Shown in pieces: positions 45,679 through 55,014 of a stretch of 64,000 nt of DNA. How positions within the stretch are numbered: the stretch's first letter is position 1; every line of letters begins with the position of its first letter. Source of the DNA: Acidobacteriota bacterium (GTDB lineage: Bacteria > Acidobacteriota > UBA6911); assembly GCA_012719455.1 (NCBI GenBank), contig JAAYAJ010000002.1, forward strand, positions 929-64,928, in the 5' to 3' direction. The notes below the pieces were generated by a model. That model was not told the DNA's origin and searched no databases. It saw only the letters and a list, made by a program, of their open reading frames with translations. The position numbers were made by a program, and so were the translations under genes.

Positions 45679-48231
45679 ATGCAGCCGCAGCCGGAACCGC
45701 TCCCCATCGACCCCCATCTCCCGGAAATCGGCGCGGCTCTCGACGCCGCCGGAGCCCTGGTCCTGACGGCGCCTCCGGGGGCAGGAAAGACGACGCGCAT
45801 CCCCCCCTTTCTCCATCTCCGGGGAACCACCGCCAGCGGTGAAATCCTGGTCCTGGAACCGAGGCGGCTGGCGGCCCGGATGGGCGCGCTGCGGGTGGCC
45901 GCCGAACTCGGGGAACGACCGGGGCGGACCGTGGGCTATTCGATCCGGTTCGACACGGTGGCCGGCCCGCACACGCGCATCCGCTTCCTGACCGAGGCGG
46001 TCCTGGTGCGGCAAATGCTGGAGGATCCCGACCTGGAGGGGGTGGGCACCGTCATCCTGGACGAGTTCCACGAACGGAGCCTCGCAACCGATCTCGCGCT
46101 CGCCCTGCTCCGCCGGCTGCAGCGGCGCGTCGGGCGCCCACGGCTCCTCGTCATGTCGGCGACCATGGACCCCCAACCGGTCGCCGCCTTCCTGGACGGC
46201 GCACCCGTCATTGCGCTCGGGGAAACCCGCTACGACCTCGACATCTCCTACGAGGAGAAAATCGACCGCCGGCCGCTCGAGAAGAGGGTGGCGGGCGCGG
46301 TCCTTGGACTCTTCCGCTCGGGCCTGGAGGGCGACATCCTGGTCTTCCTCCCCGGCGCCGCCGAAATCCGCCGCGCGGCCGCGGCACTCCGGCCTACAGC
46401 GGATCGGCTGGGGTTACGGATCCAGCCCCTGCACGGCGACCTCCCGGCGGGAGAACAGGCACTCGCGCTCCAGCCGGGGGACGCGCCCCGGGTGATCCTG
46501 TCCACCAACGTGGCCGAGACTTCGATCACCATCCCCGGCATCGGCGCCGTCGTCGACAGCGGCCTGGCCCGCATCTCCGCTCACTCCGCCTGGAGCGGGC
46601 GTCCCACGCTCACCACCGCCAGGATCTCCAAGTCCTCGGCCGCACAACGCGCCGGGCGGGCCGGCCGCACCCGTTCCGGCCGCGTCGTCCGCCTCTACAC
46701 CCGCCACGATTTCCTCGCGCGCCCCGACGCCGATCCCCCCGAAATCCGCCGGGCCGACCTTGCCGAAGCCCTCCTGGCGCTCCACGGAGCCGGCATCCGC
46801 GACACGGGTGACTTCCCCTGGTTCGAGCCTCCGCCCCAGGCGGCGCTCGACGCCGCCCGCCGCCTGCTCACACGGCTGGGGGCGGTCGACTCCTCCGGCC
46901 TCATCACCGACTCGGGGCGGCGCATGCTCCGCTTTCCGGTCCACCCCAGGATCGCCCGGATGATCGTGGAGGGGGAAGCGCTGGGGGTGGGACGGGACGC
47001 CGCCCTGCTCGCGGCCCTGCTCGGCGAGCGGGACATCCGCCTGGACGCCCGCGCGGGCGTCGGCGGCGCGGGGGGACCGGCGCGGGAGCCGGCTTCGGGC
47101 CCGTCCGACCTGCTCGAACTGATCGACCGCTTCCGGGAGGCGGAGACGGCCCGTTTCGTCCCGGAACGGCTCCGGGAGCTCAGCCTCGATCCGCGTGCCG
47201 TCGCCGCCGCACGGCAGGCCTTCCGCCAGATCGGACGCCTCTCTTCCGGGGGCGCGGGCTCCTCCGCGCCTCCAGGGGAGCGGGAAGAGGCGCTGCTCCT
47301 GGCCATACTCCGCGCCTTCCCCGACCGGGTGGCCCGCCGGCGCCGGCCCCACGCGCGCGAGCTCCTGCTCGCCGGAGGCGGCGCGGCGCGCCTCTCGGAC
47401 CGGAGCGTAGTGCGGACAGCCCCCTTCCTGGTCGCGGTGGACATCGAGGAGCGCCTGGACCCCGTGGATGCCCGGGCGGCCGTGCCCCTGGTCCGGCTGG
47501 CCTCCGCCGTCGAGATCGAGTGGCTGGCCGCGCTCTACCCGGATGCGCTGGAGGAAAGGACAGAGCGGGTGTGGAACGAGGCCGCCGGGCGGGTGGACGA
47601 AGTCCGGCGGACCCTGTTCGAAGGGATCACGCTCGAGGAATCGGTCCGGCCCGCCCCCCCGTCGGAGGAGAGCGCGCGGCTGCTGGCGGCGGCCGCGGCC
47701 GGGCGCGGGATCGGGCTGTTCGCGGACCATGCCTCGGTCCCCGGGCTCGAGGTCCGCGCGGCGCTTCTGGCCCGCTGCTTCCCCAATCCCCCCTTCCCCC
47801 CGCTCGGCGCCGACGCCGTCGCCGAGGCGGTCGCGCGCCTCTGCCGCGACCGGTGCACCCTCGCCGAACTCGCCGCCGTTTCGCTTGTCGCCGCCCTCCT
47901 GGAGCCCCTCTCCGCACGCCAGCGCGCCCTGCTCGAACGGGAAACGCCCGAACGCATCCGGCTCGCGGGGGGACGGATGGTACGGGTGCATTACGAACCG
48001 GGGCGCCCCCCATGGATCGAATCGAGGCTGCAGGATTTTTTCGGCATGGCGGCGGCGCCGACGATCTGCGGCGGGCGGGTGCCCCTGACAGCGCACCTGC
48101 TGGCCCCCAACGGGCAGGCAGTCCAGGTCACCCGGGACCTCGCCGGCTTCTGGACCAACCACTACCCCGCCATCCGGCGCAAACTCGCCCGGCGCTACCC
48201 GAAACACGCCTGGCCGGAGCGGCCGGCGTGA
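45679..48231 (+). CDS. hrpB: ATP-dependent RNA helicase HrpB (DEAH-box).
   Basis: LVLTAPPGAGKTTRIPPFL motif I; ILDEFHERS DEFH box; SATMD; C-terminal HrpB domain. Start at internal M107. Confidence 0.85.
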   Translation: MQPQPEPLPIDPHLPEIGAALDAAGALVLTAPPGAGKTTRIPPFLHLRGTTASGEILVLEPRRLAARMGALRVAAELGERPGRTVGYSIRFDTVAGPHTRIRFLTEAVLVRQMLEDPDLEGVGTVILDEFHERSLATDLALALLRRLQRRVGRPRLLVMSATMDPQPVAAFLDGAPVIALGETRYDLDISYEEKIDRRPLEKRVAGAVLGLFRSGLEGDILVFLPGAAEIRRAAAALRPTADRLGLRIQPLHGDLPAGEQALALQPGDAPRVILSTNVAETSITIPGIGAVVDSGLARISAHSAWSGRPTLTTARISKSSAAQRAGRAGRTRSGRVVRLYTRHDFLARPDADPPEIRRADLAEALLALHGAGIRDTGDFPWFEPPPQAALDAARRLLTRLGAVDSSGLITDSGRRMLRFPVHPRIARMIVEGEALGVGRDAALLAALLGERDIRLDARAGVGGAGGPAREPASGPSDLLELIDRFREAETARFVPERLRELSLDPRAVAAARQAFRQIGRLSSGGAGSSAPPGEREEALLLAILRAFPDRVARRRRPHARELLLAGGGAARLSDRSVVRTAPFLVAVDIEERLDPVDARAAVPLVRLASAVEIEWLAALYPDALEERTERVWNEAAGRVDEVRRTLFEGITLEESVRPAPPSEESARLLAAAAAGRGIGLFADHASVPGLEVRAALLARCFPNPPFPPLGADAVAEAVARLCRDRCTLAELAAVSLVAALLEPLSARQRALLERETPERIRLAGGRMVRVHYEPGRPPWIESRLQDFFGMAAAPTICGGRVPLTAHLLAPNGQAVQVTRDLAGFWTNHYPAIRRKLARRYPKHAWPERPA

Positions 48232-48240
48232 CGCTGGTTC

Positions 48241-48424
48241 CTAGCCCGGATTATTCATGAAGCTCCTGCTGCGTCGGTGCAATCGAGCATGTCTACATCG
48301 TTGCGCTTGGTCGGATTCCTCGACGTACCGTCGAGTACGCCTGCGGAATTCTCCCGGCGCGCGCCTTGTATCCACGCCCGCCTGCGCCGCCTCGCAACGT
48401 ATCCTCATGAATAATCCGGACTAG
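48241..48424. mobile_element. 184-bp non-coding element bounded by 20-bp terminal inverted repeats (MITE-like or IS remnant), inserted between convergent hrpB and the NusG-like gene.
   Basis: Left CTAGCCCGGATTATTCATGA (48241-48260) versus right TCATGAATAATCCGGACTAG (48405-48424): 19 of 20 complementary. The interior has lower GC than its surroundings. The right repeat overlaps the TAG stop of the NusG-like gene. Confidence 0.45.
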
Positions 48425-48957
48425 AGCGGCCGGACGTCGGAGGCGTCGATGTCCACGGCGACCGCCTGGCGGATCAGGTCCACCTGGAGCACGAAGCGCA
48501 AGTGCCTCCGTTTTTCGACCAGGACGCCGACGACGCCCTTGAGCGGACCGGCCGTGACCTCCACCCGGGTCCCCAACCGTACGTAAGGATAGGGATCGGC
48601 TGAAAGGCCGGCTTCCAGGAAGCGCCGGATGGCGTCGATCTGGCTGTCGGGAACCGGTTCGGCGCTCCCCCCGAATCCCACGAAACGGACCGCGCCCGGA
48701 AGGTTCAGAACGCGGTAGCGGTTTTCCGGGGTGTCCTCGTGGTGGACGAACAGGTAGCCGGGAAAGAGCGGGAGCCAGACCTTCTTCTTGCGGTCCTTCC
48801 AGCGGCTGACCACCTCGCGCATCGGCAGGAAGACTTCGATCCCGCGCTCCGACAGCGCGGCCAGCATCTTCTTTTCAAAACGGCTCCGGGTATAGAGGGC
48901 GTACCACCGCGGCGGTGAAGACGGATCGAAGGAGAGTGGGTCTTGAGGTTGTACCAT
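48421..48957 (-). CDS. NusG-family transcription antitermination paralogue (UpxY/LoaP-like; NGN plus KOW).
   Basis: WYALYTRSRFEKKMLAAL...GIEVFLPMREV...LPLFPGYLFV is an NGN domain. C-terminal GTRVEVTAGPLKGVVGVLVEK is a KOW motif. Confidence 0.7.
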   Translation of the reverse strand: MVQPQDPLSFDPSSPPRWYALYTRSRFEKKMLAALSERGIEVFLPMREVVSRWKDRKKKVWLPLFPGYLFVHHEDTPENRYRVLNLPGAVRFVGFGGSAEPVPDSQIDAIRRFLEAGLSADPYPYVRLGTRVEVTAGPLKGVVGVLVEKRRHLRFVLQVDLIRQAVAVDIDASDVRPL

Positions 48958-49237
48958 AAATCCCGGGCACCATGGAAACCATACGCGCCTCCTGCAAGGA
49001 GGGACTTTCGAATATAACCGCCCTGCCGCGGCATGTCAACCGCCCCCGGCGGGCACGGCCGGGGCGCGCCCCGTGCCGCCGAAAAGACGGCCCGCATTCA
49101 GATTTCTTAACTTGATTCATGGACATTTCGTATATCATGGTGGCCATGAACACCACAGCCAACTGAACCGGGACTCCCCGCACTCCAGGCGGAAAGGGTC
49201 CGAGCATTAAGCCTATTGCCCGAAACAGGAGGATCCG

Positions 49238-51640
49238 ATGCATGCGCCGAAAAGGTTTCACCTCCATGGTCCCCTCTCCGTCCTGATCCTGTGCTCCGTG
49301 CTCTTTGCCTTCCAGTCCCCGGCCCAGGACGCCGCCCCGACCGAAGGCCGCGCTCTCTACGAAGTCCTGAAGGGATTCGATCTCCAGGGGAAAGCGTCCG
49401 TGAGCAACCTCACGCTCAAGAAAGACCGCGCCGAAATGGTCTTCACCGGCGATTTCTATTTCGCCGCCCCGGCCAACGGCCGGGTCACCGGCGCGGTCTT
49501 CATCGGCAGCGGGAGTTTCAAGGCGGCCGCGCCCCCCATCTCCTATGAAAAAGAGGCCATGGTGCGCTTCATCAACACCGATACGGCCGAGAGCGATTTC
49601 CGCACCGCCGTGCTGCGCTTCAGCGACGACACCTTCGAGCAGATCGGGAAGGGGATGGAGGCGGGGGCCGCGGCCCCCGACGACGCCCGGAAGCTGGCGG
49701 CCGAACTCGAACCAAGGCTGCTCAAGGAGACGGGGGCCAACATCTCCGCGCGCCTGCTGGTTTCCCTGGCAAACGCCGAATCCCCGGGCGTTTTCCTCGC
49801 GCAGTTCGACAAGGGGAGCCGCGGACGGTTCACCTACCTCGTCGACCCGCAGACGCGCCTTCCCAGCTCGGTCTTCGGCATCAACGGGGGGGAAAAGGTG
49901 CTCCTGTTCTCCTACGCCCCGTACTCGTACACCAACGACATGTGGATCGCCACCTATTCCGAGGAGAATTTCGCCAAGAACCAGGCCAGCTATTCCGACA
50001 GCTTCGACCTGGTCGCCCCGCTCCACTACGACATGGAAATCGACGTGCGCAACGCGCGCAAGGTCCTGCGCACCCGGATGCGGATCGATTTCCAGTCGCT
50101 GGCCGACGGACTGCGGGCGATCCCGATGGACGTCAACGAGGGTTTGACGGAGTTCGACAACATCCGGCTCAAGGAGGCGATGCGGGTTACGTCCGCCCGT
50201 TACGAAGGCAGGGACATCCCCTGTCTCCAGGAGGACTGGGAGTCGGGGCTGACGATCCTGCTGCCGAAGGCGATGAAGAAAGGGGAGAAATTCAGCGTCG
50301 AGGTGGCGCTCGAAGGCGATTTCATCGACAACCAGGACACCTTCTTGAACTGCTACTACCCCCAGGACAACAACGGCTGGTACCCGAAGTACGGCTACCT
50401 CAAGCGCTCCACCTTCAACGCCCTGTTCCGCCACGACAAGAACGACCGCGTGGCCAGCATCGGCAAGCTGGTGCGCGAAGGGACCTGGCCCGATTCCACC
50501 GACGGCCTGACCGAATTCCGGATGGAAATCCCGGTGTCTTTCATCTCCTTCGCGGCCGGGAAACTCGTCCGCCACAGCGATCACCGCAAGCTGCAGTTCG
50601 GGGAGATCGATCTCGATTTCTATTCGGTCCCCTCCTCGGTCAGCAGCGTCAAGGAGGATTTCATCCTCGCCGAGATGGGGAACGTCCTGAACTATTTCAG
50701 CGAATATTTCGGCGCGTACCCCTACCCCTCTTTCAAGGCCACCATCCATCCCTTCAACTTCGGCCAGGGATTCCCCACCCTGCTGATGATCCCCAGGACG
50801 GACCAGGCCAACTACGCGGTCTTTTCCTTCATCGCCCATGAAACCGCGCACCAGTGGTGGGGCAACATCGTCGCCTGGCGCTCCTACCGCGACCAGTGGC
50901 TGAGCGAGGGGTTCGCCGAATACTCCGGCATGCTCTACACCGGGTTCCGCGACAGCATGAAAAACCAGCGGGAGCTGATCGACGACGCCCGCTACGTACT
51001 CCCCTTCCGCCCGAAAACCGACCGGGGGATCGGCAAGGAAAAGCTGGCCGAAATCGGGCCCCTCATCCTGGGACATCGGCTGAGCACCCGGAACACGATG
51101 AACGTCTACAGCAACCTGATCTACAGCAAGGGGGCGCTGGTGCTGCGCATGCTCCACTTCCTCTTCTCGGACCCCAACACCGGGTCGGGCCAGCCGTTCT
51201 TCGACATGATGTCCGATTTCGTCAAGCAGTACCAAAACCAGGCGGCCTCCACCGAGGACTTCATGCGCGTGGCCGGAGCGCACTTCGCCAACACGCCGCT
51301 CGGGAAGATGTTCGGGCTGAAGGATCTCGGCTGGTTCTTCCAGCAGTGGGTGTTCGAGGCGAAACTACCCAGCTACCGGATGGAATACAGGATCGAGCCG
51401 GGCGACAACAACTCCGCCGTGGTCACCGGGACCATCCTCCAGGCGAACGCCGGCCCCAGCTGGTTCATGCCGCTCCCCGTCGTCTTCAAGTTCCCGGGGA
51501 ACCAGATGGGGCGCGCGGTGATCTATGCCAACGGGCCGGAAACCGCTTTCAAGATCCCCCTGCCGATGAAACCCAACTCGGTGGAACTGGACCCCGACCT
51601 GTGGATCCTGTCGGAGAAAACCGAAACCAAGAAGAAGTAG
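49238..51640 (+). CDS. Secreted M1-family zinc aminopeptidase.
   Basis: Signal peptide. HETAHQWWGN (HExxH) and WLSEGFAEY (third zinc ligand Glu). 800 aa. Confidence 0.85.
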   Translation: MHAPKRFHLHGPLSVLILCSVLFAFQSPAQDAAPTEGRALYEVLKGFDLQGKASVSNLTLKKDRAEMVFTGDFYFAAPANGRVTGAVFIGSGSFKAAAPPISYEKEAMVRFINTDTAESDFRTAVLRFSDDTFEQIGKGMEAGAAAPDDARKLAAELEPRLLKETGANISARLLVSLANAESPGVFLAQFDKGSRGRFTYLVDPQTRLPSSVFGINGGEKVLLFSYAPYSYTNDMWIATYSEENFAKNQASYSDSFDLVAPLHYDMEIDVRNARKVLRTRMRIDFQSLADGLRAIPMDVNEGLTEFDNIRLKEAMRVTSARYEGRDIPCLQEDWESGLTILLPKAMKKGEKFSVEVALEGDFIDNQDTFLNCYYPQDNNGWYPKYGYLKRSTFNALFRHDKNDRVASIGKLVREGTWPDSTDGLTEFRMEIPVSFISFAAGKLVRHSDHRKLQFGEIDLDFYSVPSSVSSVKEDFILAEMGNVLNYFSEYFGAYPYPSFKATIHPFNFGQGFPTLLMIPRTDQANYAVFSFIAHETAHQWWGNIVAWRSYRDQWLSEGFAEYSGMLYTGFRDSMKNQRELIDDARYVLPFRPKTDRGIGKEKLAEIGPLILGHRLSTRNTMNVYSNLIYSKGALVLRMLHFLFSDPNTGSGQPFFDMMSDFVKQYQNQAASTEDFMRVAGAHFANTPLGKMFGLKDLGWFFQQWVFEAKLPSYRMEYRIEPGDNNSAVVTGTILQANAGPSWFMPLPVVFKFPGNQMGRAVIYANGPETAFKIPLPMKPNSVELDPDLWILSEKTETKKK

Positions 51641-51651
51641 ACACGACGTCC

Positions 51652-51680
51652 GGCCGCGGCGGGCGGCATCCGCCGCGGCC
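51652..51680 (+). terminator. GC-rich hairpin downstream of the M1 peptidase gene (candidate terminator; no U-tract).
   Basis: GGCCGCGGCGG gcggcat CCGCCGCGGCC, 11-bp perfect stem, 12 nt after the stop codon. Confidence 0.4.
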
Positions 51681-51828
51681 CCCTTCCCCCTCGCCCTTTC
51701 CATCAATTCTTGCCACTCCCTCCCCCTTCTGTGGTACAAAGTGCGACAAGGGCCCGGGGCGCAGCCCGACCGTTCGGCGACGGCGCCCCGGTCACGGAAT
51801 GCAGCCACCAAAGGAAAGTCGGAGACCC

Positions 51829-53541
51829 ATGGACAAGAAACTGGCGCCGTTGCTCGATCCGCGCGGGCACCAGGAACGGCCGACCGTTCCCCTGGCGCCC
51901 CGCGGCGGCATCGAGAATCTCAGGCGGGGAAAGATCCTCTTTTACGACAACACCAAACTGGGCTTCTGCAACTACGGCGAAGTCTTCGTCCGCATCCGGG
52001 AGCGCCTGCGCGGACTGGGGATATCGAATTTCGTCGACTACCGGGAAACCGTCCGCGGCAAGGACACCCGGGAACTGGAGGCGTACGCGGCGATGCTCGC
52101 CCGGGAAAAGCCGGCGGCCGCCGTCGTGGCCCTCGGCGACATGGGCACCTCCCCCGCGACCTGCATCGTCACCATCGCGCTGGAGAAGCTGGGCATCCCG
52201 AGCGTCTACATCACCGCCCCCCCCGGCGGGGACCTGGTCGAGGGGGTCGCGGCCTACCGCGCCGGGAACCTCTGCCTGTGCAAGATCGATATCTACCAGG
52301 CGAGCACCCGGGAAGAGGTGCGTGCCCAGGTAGACCTCAAGTGGGACTTCATCATGGAATCGCTCGCGGGGACGCCCGAGCAGGTCCGCGAGGCCGCCCG
52401 CATCGATTTCAAGATGGACCTGGCGCCCCCCGCCGCCGACGGGCTGCTTCCCGTCACCGCGGGGATCGAGCCGAGCGAGGAGAGGGTGTACGAACCTGGT
52501 TGCTACATGGAAGAAATCATGGAGTACCTCGACCGGGAACACCTGGGGGACGGCCTGCCGGTCATTCCCCCGACCGCGGCGCGCCTCGAAAGGATGTTTT
52601 CCTGCTGCCCCTTCGCGCCGGAAACCCCCCTGTGGCACGAGGTCGGACCCGCGGGCAAGGACGTCACTGTCCGCGACGTCGCCATCGCGGCGGTGATGGC
52701 CGGGTGCCGACCGGAGGCGATGCCGGTCCTGGTGGCCGCGTTCCGGGCGATGGCCGACCCCCGGTACAACCTGCTGCAGTCGGTGACGACGTCCCACCCC
52801 GGGGGGAACCTGGTCCTGGTCAGTGGCCCGATCGCCCAGGAGATCGGGATCTCGGGCCGGCAGGGGTGCCTGGGCCCCGGGTATCCCGCCAACGCCACCA
52901 TCGGGCGGGCGGTCAACCTCGTCATCCTGAACGTGTGCCGGGCTGTCCCCGGCGTCTGCGACCTCGACTGCCTCGCCTCGCAAGCGGAATTCACCTACTG
53001 CTTCGCCGAGGAGCCCTCCCTGGCCCAGTGGCCGATGATCAACGAGGAGCGCTGCGACGCCCGGACCACGACCGTCTACGTGCTCAAGGCGGAGCCGCAG
53101 CACGACATCATCGACTTCCTGAGCCTGAACGGCCATGACCTGCTCGACACCCTGATCGACTGCTGCACGACGCTCGGGACCAACAACGCCTACATCCCGG
53201 GGCCGCTGGTGCTGGTCCTGACCCCGGATCACGGGATGATGCTGAAAAATTCGGGGTATACCAAGGACGCCATCCGCGAGCAGGTCCACCTGAGGGCGAC
53301 CCACGACGTACCCATGGTGCGCAACCGCGGGCTGGTCCCGGTGCGCCCCCCGGAATTCGCCCATCGCCACCCGATGCCGGTGACCCGGTCACCCCGGGAC
53401 ATCGAGGTGGTCGTCGCCGGAGGGCGCGGGGGGCATTCGGGCGTCATCCTGCCCTGGGCGTTGCACAGCGAGGGGATCGTCCTGCCGGTGACCCTGCCCG
53501 ACGGCACCCCGGCGCACAGCATCGACCAATTCAGGAAGTGA
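51829..53541 (+). CDS. Conserved hypothetical protein (570 aa), first gene of an operon with an FAD oxidoreductase and a Mo-hydroxylase large subunit.
   Basis: RBS aaggaaag..ggaga before ATG at 51829. Multiple Cys (CC pairs at 259/260 and 445/446). No family recognised with confidence. Confidence 0.5.
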   Translation: MDKKLAPLLDPRGHQERPTVPLAPRGGIENLRRGKILFYDNTKLGFCNYGEVFVRIRERLRGLGISNFVDYRETVRGKDTRELEAYAAMLAREKPAAAVVALGDMGTSPATCIVTIALEKLGIPSVYITAPPGGDLVEGVAAYRAGNLCLCKIDIYQASTREEVRAQVDLKWDFIMESLAGTPEQVREAARIDFKMDLAPPAADGLLPVTAGIEPSEERVYEPGCYMEEIMEYLDREHLGDGLPVIPPTAARLERMFSCCPFAPETPLWHEVGPAGKDVTVRDVAIAAVMAGCRPEAMPVLVAAFRAMADPRYNLLQSVTTSHPGGNLVLVSGPIAQEIGISGRQGCLGPGYPANATIGRAVNLVILNVCRAVPGVCDLDCLASQAEFTYCFAEEPSLAQWPMINEERCDARTTTVYVLKAEPQHDIIDFLSLNGHDLLDTLIDCCTTLGTNNAYIPGPLVLVLTPDHGMMLKNSGYTKDAIREQVHLRATHDVPMVRNRGLVPVRPPEFAHRHPMPVTRSPRDIEVVVAGGRGGHSGVILPWALHSEGIVLPVTLPDGTPAHSIDQFRK

Positions 53542-53573
53542 AAACCGCGACGGGCGGAACGGAGAGAGCGTGC

Positions 53574-55004
53574 ATGGAAATATACGGTGAATACGATGTC
53601 GTCATAGCCGGCGGGGGGACCTCGGGGGTCGCCGCCGCCATCGCCTCCGCGCGCACCGGCGCGCGTACCCTCCTCGTCGAGCGGCTCGGCACCCTCGGGG
53701 GGCAGATGAACGTGTCCGGGCCGCCGGGGTTCGCCTACGCCTACATGTTCAACCCGCGCCGGGAACAGATCATCGCCGGGATCCTCGAGGAAACGCACCG
53801 GCGGCTGCTCGAGGCGGGGCACGCCCTTCCCCATACCACCCCCGATTTCCGCGTCGGCTACAGCTTCTCCCTGGTGGACCCCGATTACTGGGGCCTCCTC
53901 GTCTTCCAGATGATGCAGGAGAACGACGTCGAACTACTGCTCCATTCCCTGGTCGTGGACGCGGTCATGGAAGGGGACGCGATCCGCGGGGTGATCGTGG
54001 AAAACCCCTCCGGCCGGCAGATCGTGCTCGGCAAGATCGTCATCGACTGCACCGGGGAGGGGGAACTCGCCGCGCGCGCGGGCGCGCCCTATGAACAGGC
54101 TCCAAAGGAGGACCTGGAGCCGCACACGGTCTCCTTCACCGTCGACGGGGTCGACTGGGACAAGGTCCTCGCCTACGTCAAGGAGAACGCGGCCTACGAG
54201 TTCAATGCCATGACCCATCCCTACCTCGGCTGGAGCGAAGAGGAGATCATCGAGAGGATCCGGCGGGTCGAGGATGTGCGGGAGATCTCCAACTTCATGG
54301 GTTATTACACCCTGCGGGACCGCGCGGTGGCCGCCGGGGAGTACCACCCCTACAGCGGCGTCGGCTTCTTCATCCTGCCCCGCGACCACGGGGTTCTGCA
54401 GGCGCACTTCCAGCACTCGTCGCAGGTGGGGAACGCCGACCCCACCGACGTCCGCGACCTGACCCGGTGCGAAATCGAGTGCCGGGCGCAGATCCGGATG
54501 GCCCTGGGCTTCATCCGGCGCTACATGCCGGGGTTCGAGAACTCCTACCTGACGCGCGTCTGCCCGGAGCTGAGGATCCGGGAGAGCCGGCGCATAGTGG
54601 GGGACTACGTCCTGTGCAAGCAGGACGTGGCCGAGGCGCGCAAATTTCCCGACGTGATCGGCAAGAGTTCCTTCGCCAGCGGGGCCAAGCATGTAGCCAC
54701 GGCCGACACCATCTCCTACGAGGGGATCGTCTACCCGAAGGACGGCGGTTCCTACGACATTCCCTACCGCTGCCTGGTCCCCCGGAAAGTTGAAAACCTG
54801 CTGGTGGCCGGAAAGGCGATCTCAACCGACCGGGCCTCCTATGCGCGCTTTCTGCAGCTGACCATGGTCACGGGCCAGGCCGCCGGCGTCGCCGCCGCCC
54901 TCTCGGCCCGGGAAGGGATCACTCCCAGGCAGCTCGAGGCCGATGTCACGGAACTCCAGCGGGTCCTCCAGCAGCAGGGAGCGATCCTGTTCGGAACCCA
55001 TTAG
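53574..55004 (+). CDS. FAD-dependent oxidoreductase (FAD_oxidored/PF12831-like).
   Basis: YDVVIAGGGTSGVAAAIASARTGARTLLVERLGTLGG dinucleotide-binding motif; C-terminal GKAIS...VTGQAAGVAAA. Confidence 0.75.
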   Translation: MEIYGEYDVVIAGGGTSGVAAAIASARTGARTLLVERLGTLGGQMNVSGPPGFAYAYMFNPRREQIIAGILEETHRRLLEAGHALPHTTPDFRVGYSFSLVDPDYWGLLVFQMMQENDVELLLHSLVVDAVMEGDAIRGVIVENPSGRQIVLGKIVIDCTGEGELAARAGAPYEQAPKEDLEPHTVSFTVDGVDWDKVLAYVKENAAYEFNAMTHPYLGWSEEEIIERIRRVEDVREISNFMGYYTLRDRAVAAGEYHPYSGVGFFILPRDHGVLQAHFQHSSQVGNADPTDVRDLTRCEIECRAQIRMALGFIRRYMPGFENSYLTRVCPELRIRESRRIVGDYVLCKQDVAEARKFPDVIGKSSFASGAKHVATADTISYEGIVYPKDGGSYDIPYRCLVPRKVENLLVAGKAISTDRASYARFLQLTMVTGQAAGVAAALSAREGITPRQLEADVTELQRVLQQQGAILFGTH

Positions 55005-55014
55005 CGAGGTTGCC

